Notes under the pieces: model-generated | The model's database searches: none | Told to the model about the DNA's origin: nothing | The model's input: the letters and a program-made list of their open reading frames with translations, nothing else | Position numbers and translations under genes: made by a program | Part shown: positions 58,642 through 64,000 of the stretch, piece by piece | Layout of the letters: each line of letters begins with the position of its first letter | How positions within the stretch are numbered: position 1 is the first letter of the stretch | IMG/VR virus record: IMGVR_UViG_3300015607_004069 | Span: 1 to 64,000 of that record | Source: a virus | Taxonomy: Duplodnaviria; Caudoviricetes | Strand: one strand, 5' to 3' | Length of the DNA stretch: 64,000 nucleotides

Positions 58642-61464
58642 ATGGCGCGAGATTTCACAGGCACAGGGTCGCAAATTGCAGTAAACTCCACAGGATCGAC
58701 TTGGGGTGCTGCAGTTAATGGTGCTTCTGCTGTTTCTATCGCAGTATGGGCCAACCTAGATGCGATTACATCAGGAGCTAACGACAATCGCCTTATGTCC
58801 GCGATTATAGGGAGTTCTCTTACCGGGTTGACCTTTGCTGTAAACGGAACGGGTGCAACGAAAGTTTTGCGTGTAGGAGGACGTAGCGTTAGTGGTGATG
58901 GGTTTCAATTTCGAGATGCTACTAGCAACTTTTCGCTCTCCGCTTGGCACCATTGCGGAGGCGTGCTTAACTTCGGTGCTGACACAATTACCCCGTATTT
59001 TAACGGGGTTGCTGAAAATAGTGGAGCGGCAACTTTTGCCAATGCAGTCTATACTAGCTCCTATATAGCCGGAGGCGACTATATAGGAGCTGCTGTTGAT
59101 GGCTCCGCGTCAGTAAATGGCAGACTCGCTGAATTAGCGATCTGGAACGTGGACATTGGGGCAGAGGGGTTTGCATTACTCGCTAAAGGCGTAAGTCCTC
59201 TCAGCATCAGACCAGAGGCACTCGTATCTTATTACCGGTTGCTAGGGGCGTATTCAACAGAGCATGACGAAATCACCGGAAGAGCGTCAACGGTTACGAA
59301 CGCCACCAAAGCAGCCCATCCACGCATCACCTACCCGCTGCGCAGCGGGTCGATTCCGATTGCGATATCCACAGCTTTGACGAATAACCTTATCAGCTAT
59401 TGGAAATTAGACGAAGCGAGTGGAACGCGATACGACTCACACGGCACTAATGATCTCGCAGACAATGGTACCGTTACTAGTGCTACAGGGAAGCTCGGAG
59501 CTGCTGGTGATTTTGAAGTTGATAATATAGAGTATTTAAGCATAGCCAGCAATAGCTCTCTTAATACTGGAGATATTGATTTTACATTTTCCGCTTGGGT
59601 AAGACTTGAGTCTAAAGGTGCTAACAGGTTTATAATTGCAAAGGATCATATAACGTCAGGCCAGAGAGAGTACGCTTTATATTATTCTAGTGTTGCGGAT
59701 AGATTCAGATTTGAATTGCATTCAGCTACAGACTCTGCTACTAACGTAACTGCGAATGCTCTAGGCTCTCCAGCTTTATCAACTTGGTATTTCATAGTCG
59801 CTTGGTACGATTCCGCAGCGGATATGATGTATATCCAAGTAAATAACGGCACTGTCAACAGCGCCGCAAAAGGCACATTGCAAGCTGGTAGTTCGGCAGA
59901 ATTTAGAATAGGCGCTAGACAATATACTGGCCTTGTCCAACCATTCGATGGGTTGATTGATGAAGTTGGTTTCTGGAAGCGTGTCCTCACCAGCGATGAG
60001 CGAACGCAGCTTTACAACAGCGGCAGTGCGCTGCCTTACCCATTTGATGGAAGTTTGCCGCCTTATACTTCGGGTTGGGCAGACTTTTATATGAGGGACA
60101 CAGGCAGCAATTTGAACAGCGGCAGCACCACAAGTACTACCGCTACGCATACTTACGCTAGTGGCAATCTAACGGCACCGCCACCTCCGACACCACTTAC
60201 CTTTACTGTGGCCAGTGGCGATCCGGTAGCCGATGGAGTTGATATAGGGGATTGGGCATCTGTCTATCCAGATGGTAATACCGTAACTCCATTCATCGGC
60301 AAAGTGATCGCAAGAACCCGCACCACGATTTCAATAGATCAGACAAATGACAAGTTTGGATCGCCTCCTACTGGTGGTACTGGAAATCGCACCTTGAAGA
60401 TCGGCGGGGCTTGGGAAGACTTTGAGCTGTGTGCCGCTGGAGGGGCACTCAATAACCAGACCGTGACGCAGTCCACACGAATTAACATCAATAACGGGGA
60501 CTACTATCCGTCTGGAGACAGAACGCTGGGATTAGTGGGCACTACGACCTACAAGGTCTGGTGGAGAGGGTATTGGCCGCTTGTTGAAGGGGAGATGGAT
60601 AACCCCTTAGCTATTACGGGACCAGCAATATATCAAAGCGCTTATAAAATAACATTCAATACCAGAAATATTATTTCAAATATTCAATTCTACTCGTTTG
60701 ATACATCTGTTTTGACTCAGACGGGAGATCATTGCGTAATTAATGACTGTGCTTTCTACACAGACGGTTCGGGTGCCACGACCAAGTTAGTCGTTCACTC
60801 TTCCACGACGAAAGTACGATTTATTTCATGCTGGTTCTACTGCTTCGGTAGTTCGGTAAATCCATTTGATATTTCTAACACGCCTCCTGATTTTATCGGA
60901 TGTGATTTTGATTGTGAGGCGGCTAATTGCATTGAAACAACTGGTGGTCTTTTTTACCGATGTCGTTTTGTACGACCGGCTTCTTACGGGATCAAAACAG
61001 CCACTGGGTCATTACAAGTTGTTCATTGCACTTTTTATAAATGCGGCTCCGATTCTATTCGATGGACTAGTACCCCAGGAGCATCCATTATCGCGAATAA
61101 TATGTTTGTGCTAAGCGGTGGGTATGACATTAATAACGCTAGCGGTGCCAGCAGCACAAGTGTCTTAATGGGCGGTAATACGTCCTACTCTGCTACCAGT
61201 GGACACACCAGCAAGATCAATGGTGCCACCAGTGGTGATCACTTTATACCTCAAAAGGTGGACAGCGTTTTTCCCTACATCGCCTCTTTGCCGGAATCCA
61301 TGGGCGCTGACTACCGCCTGAAAGGTGTTGCTAAGGCGCTAGATTCTTCCATTCCTAAAGTCGCTGGTTGGGCTGGTACCTTAGGGCCTAGAGACTCAGG
61401 CCATATTCAACGGAGAGTAAGACGAGCCATCAAGCCTCGCGGTATGAGAGGAGGCTTGGTGTAA
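58642..61464 (+). CDS. LamG/concanavalin-like (x2) plus beta-helix adhesin or fibre protein
   Basis: WHHCGGV..YFNG..GRLAELAIWN; LISYWKLDEASG..FDGLIDEVGFWKRVLT; C-terminal F..C.F repeats; ATG 58642 after GGAG. Confidence 0.8.
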   Translation: MARDFTGTGSQIAVNSTGSTWGAAVNGASAVSIAVWANLDAITSGANDNRLMSAIIGSSLTGLTFAVNGTGATKVLRVGGRSVSGDGFQFRDATSNFSLSAWHHCGGVLNFGADTITPYFNGVAENSGAATFANAVYTSSYIAGGDYIGAAVDGSASVNGRLAELAIWNVDIGAEGFALLAKGVSPLSIRPEALVSYYRLLGAYSTEHDEITGRASTVTNATKAAHPRITYPLRSGSIPIAISTALTNNLISYWKLDEASGTRYDSHGTNDLADNGTVTSATGKLGAAGDFEVDNIEYLSIASNSSLNTGDIDFTFSAWVRLESKGANRFIIAKDHITSGQREYALYYSSVADRFRFELHSATDSATNVTANALGSPALSTWYFIVAWYDSAADMMYIQVNNGTVNSAAKGTLQAGSSAEFRIGARQYTGLVQPFDGLIDEVGFWKRVLTSDERTQLYNSGSALPYPFDGSLPPYTSGWADFYMRDTGSNLNSGSTTSTTATHTYASGNLTAPPPPTPLTFTVASGDPVADGVDIGDWASVYPDGNTVTPFIGKVIARTRTTISIDQTNDKFGSPPTGGTGNRTLKIGGAWEDFELCAAGGALNNQTVTQSTRININNGDYYPSGDRTLGLVGTTTYKVWWRGYWPLVEGEMDNPLAITGPAIYQSAYKITFNTRNIISNIQFYSFDTSVLTQTGDHCVINDCAFYTDGSGATTKLVVHSSTTKVRFISCWFYCFGSSVNPFDISNTPPDFIGCDFDCEAANCIETTGGLFYRCRFVRPASYGIKTATGSLQVVHCTFYKCGSDSIRWTSTPGASIIANNMFVLSGGYDINNASGASSTSVLMGGNTSYSATSGHTSKINGATSGDHFIPQKVDSVFPYIASLPESMGADYRLKGVAKALDSSIPKVAGWAGTLGPRDSGHIQRRVRRAIKPRGMRGGLV

Positions 61465-62813
61465 TGGCGTGGACAGAGTTTTATATGACTGAATCTGGCA
61501 ACAATCTGAACAGCGGGAGTTCTTCCGACGATGTAGCTACGCTTACTTACGCCAGTGGTAATTGGGTGGTGGGTTTAGGTGTAGCTGTATTCACGGTTGC
61601 TAGCGGTAATCCATCGTCCGATGGTATTGTTGTGGGTGACTGGGTGTCCGTTTATCCTGACGGAAACACGGTGACTCCATTTATTGGTAAAGTGACAGCT
61701 AGAGACTCAACTACTATTACCGTTGATCTTCTGACGAACAAATTTGGTACCCATCCCACCGATGGAACAGGAAATCGAACTTTGAAACGTGGAGGAGCTT
61801 GGTTTAATTTGGCATTATGCGGAACAGGCGGTGCTTTGAACGGAGCCACAGCGCCTCAGGCTACCAAGATTAACCTTAAGGATGGTTATTTCGAAGAGTA
61901 CATTGACGATCGCACGTTTGGGCCTGTAGGGACAGTGGATTACCCAGTATGGTGGTCTGGTTATCTAACGACTCCTGGAGATCTAGACAATATTGAAAAC
62001 TACGCAGCAAGTAAACCAATTATTTATCAGACGCGCACCCTTACTCTTAGTGAAAGAACTATTTTTTCTAATATTATTTTTTACTTTAATAAAGCAACGA
62101 CCCCGGCTGTTATCACGGCAGCTCTTTGCGTCCTTCATGACTGTGACTTCTCTAATGACAGCTCTGGGGCATTGGTTGGGCATTCATCTACGTCTAAAGC
62201 TTGGTTTATTGGCTGCAATTTTTACAGCTACAATGAAGCTACGCTTTCCATTTCTAACACACCTCCTGATTTTCTTGGTTGTTGTTTTTACAACGGGTCT
62301 AATGGAATCGAAACAAATGGTGGCTTGTTTTATCGTTGTATCTTCAACAATCCTGTTAGTTGCGGAATTTTGACTGCTACCGGTGCCTTGACAGTCCTGC
62401 ATTGCTCTTTCTACTCCACAGGATCGGATGCGATCAAGTGGACAGGAACGCCGGGCGAATCGCTTATCGCCAATAACGTTTTTCATTCCAGTGGCGGCTA
62501 TGACATTAACAATGCTAGTGGTGCCACCAGCAACAACGTGGCCATGTTTGGCAATGTCTCGTATTCGCCAACGAGTGGACATACCAATGGTTTAGGGGCC
62601 GAATTGCCGTTCCCTCAGTTAGTTGATAGTGCTTCATCGTTTATTGACCCTGATCTTGATATATTTTGGCTTGCAGAAACCAGCAAAGCTATCGACGCAG
62701 CCATACCTTATAATCCATATGGCCCAGCCTCTCATGCTTCAGACGCTGGCGCTGCGCAGCGTGCTCCTGCTGGCGGTCGTGGATCTGCTCCTTTGTCTGG
62801 AGGTTTCGTATAA
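61464..62813 (+). CDS. Beta-helix virion protein, paralogue of the C-terminal half of the preceding gene
   Basis: Shared FYM...G.NLNSGS, GDW.SVYPDGNTVTPFIGKV, GTGNRTLK.GGAW, SGGYDINNASGA. Confidence 0.8.
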   Translation: MAWTEFYMTESGNNLNSGSSSDDVATLTYASGNWVVGLGVAVFTVASGNPSSDGIVVGDWVSVYPDGNTVTPFIGKVTARDSTTITVDLLTNKFGTHPTDGTGNRTLKRGGAWFNLALCGTGGALNGATAPQATKINLKDGYFEEYIDDRTFGPVGTVDYPVWWSGYLTTPGDLDNIENYAASKPIIYQTRTLTLSERTIFSNIIFYFNKATTPAVITAALCVLHDCDFSNDSSGALVGHSSTSKAWFIGCNFYSYNEATLSISNTPPDFLGCCFYNGSNGIETNGGLFYRCIFNNPVSCGILTATGALTVLHCSFYSTGSDAIKWTGTPGESLIANNVFHSSGGYDINNASGATSNNVAMFGNVSYSPTSGHTNGLGAELPFPQLVDSASSFIDPDLDIFWLAETSKAIDAAIPYNPYGPASHASDAGAAQRAPAGGRGSAPLSGGFV

Positions 62814-63361
62814 TGGAAGAGATTTTGGTCGGGACTACTGACCGCACTATTCTTGTTTTTATTCCCGATCCTGCCTCCACGGATGGTAGTGGGATAACAG
62901 GGTTGGCCCATTCCGCTATTACTGTTAGCTACACACGAGTGGAAACGGACAATGATGTTGCCATCACTGACGTGACTAGTTCTATGTCTGCGATAACCAA
63001 TTTGACAGATGCTCACGTAGATTGGGGTTGGAAGGAAGTGTCGGCTACTTTAGCTCCCGGCTTATATCGCTTGGACGTTGCCGATGCCTTGTTTGCTTCG
63101 GGAGCTTGGTATGTTGTCCTCTATGTGATGATTACTTCGGGATTAGCCGCAGCCATTCCTAAGGCATTTCTATTAAAAGACCCAATTGACGGCTTTGCAC
63201 CTGATGTGTTATTGCAGCGTATTCACAGTTATCTGTGGTCAAAGCGTTCTGGTCTTGATCGTACTTATCCTGATACCGTGACGTTCCGCAATTTCGCTGA
63301 TACGGCAAATCTAGGAACGATCACTTTTGATCAATATGGCAACGTTACAGGAAGTACATAG
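62813..63361 (+). CDS. Hypothetical virion protein
   Basis: 182 aa, TAATG-coupled, GGAGG RBS. Confidence 0.7.
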   Translation: MEEILVGTTDRTILVFIPDPASTDGSGITGLAHSAITVSYTRVETDNDVAITDVTSSMSAITNLTDAHVDWGWKEVSATLAPGLYRLDVADALFASGAWYVVLYVMITSGLAAAIPKAFLLKDPIDGFAPDVLLQRIHSYLWSKRSGLDRTYPDTVTFRNFADTANLGTITFDQYGNVTGST

Positions 63362-63370
63362 TAATAACCT

Positions 63371-64000
63371 ATGACAGAATTATTCTCCACTGATTATCCT
63401 GAAGCTATTGCACTAAATTGTGTAATGAACCCAACAGGGTCATTCATCTATAAAGATTCGTATGACGTTCTCTACGAATATACTTGGATCACTTTGTCGA
63501 ATGGCTCTATTCGTATGGATAGAACCATTTCTGATCCAAGATTATATGGCACCACTAGCAAGCCTGTCTTTGATGGTTCATACTATGTTCTTACTGGCAA
63601 AATAACAAAACAGACTCTGGTTTTTTCTATAAACTCAGATAAGACTTTGACCTTGACTGATTCTTCTAATATTTCAGAAACCATTGGGCCAATAAGGTAT
63701 CGCGGACCTTGCATTCCTAAGTATGTTGATAATTTCTGTTATCATATTGATAGTGCTATAGTTGATGACCTTGAATTTGATATAGAAGAAATTGGAACGA
63801 ACATTACTTCTGGTGACATCACTTCTGGTGATATTACTTCTGGTGATATTACTTCTGGTAATAGCACAGGGATTACTCCAAATCCGCCAGCTATGTTTTC
63901 GACCGTTTTAGACACTTTTTCGGCTGGCAATATCTCTAGCGATGCTGATAATGGGCCTACAAGGCGATTGCTGTCTTCGCCTTATGGTACAGCGACTATC
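63371..64000 (+). CDS. Hypothetical protein, runs off the window end (not in ORF track)
   Basis: Open frame MTELFSTDYPEAIALNC... from ATG 63371 to 64000. Confidence 0.7.
   Translation, partial: MTELFSTDYPEAIALNCVMNPTGSFIYKDSYDVLYEYTWITLSNGSIRMDRTISDPRLYGTTSKPVFDGSYYVLTGKITKQTLVFSINSDKTLTLTDSSNISETIGPIRYRGPCIPKYVDNFCYHIDSAIVDDLEFDIEEIGTNITSGDITSGDITSGDITSGNSTGITPNPPAMFSTVLDTFSAGNISSDADNGPTRRLLSSPYGTATI
63803..63862 (+). repeat. 15-bp tandem repeat x4 encoding ITSG(D/N)
   Basis: ATTACTTCTGGTGAC / ATCACTTCTGGTGAT / ATTACTTCTGGTGAT / ATTACTTCTGGTAAT. Confidence 0.9.

Noticed and set aside
1-64000. Stop-codon reassignment (TAG or TGA) as in some large phages
   Set aside because: Genes are full length in code 11, and TAG/TGA end well-defined genes (nrdJ, terL, dcd, baseplate J)

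Overview
A 64 kb segment of a large, T4-like (contractile-tailed) phage genome in the standard genetic code; no rRNA, tRNA or CRISPR was seen. In order it holds: (1) a tail/baseplate block (tape measure, tube-initiator-like, gp53-like, gp5/VgrG-like, gp25, gp6/baseplate J); (2) nucleotide metabolism genes (class II RNR, dCTP deaminase); (3) a UvsW-like helicase with an intein; (4) a probable gp55-like late sigma factor with two LAGLIDADG inteins; (5) terminase, portal and a scaffold-like gene; (6) an accessory region with tmk, a Vsr/Mom-like fusion, collagen/Pro-rich fibres interleaved with glycosyltransferases, DksA/TraR, a protealysin-emfourin pair, a radical SAM/SPASM + ligase + peptide cluster and a secreted-protein/papain cluster; (7) LamG/beta-helix virion genes. 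The most striking feature is the helicase intein (15588-16937). Its endonuclease slot is dual-coded: the intein frame stays open as an apparently unstructured linker, while a separate 326-aa PD-(D/E)xK-type endonuclease ORF with its own start and RBS lies in the +1 frame. All functional calls are from motif recognition by eye; no searches were run.
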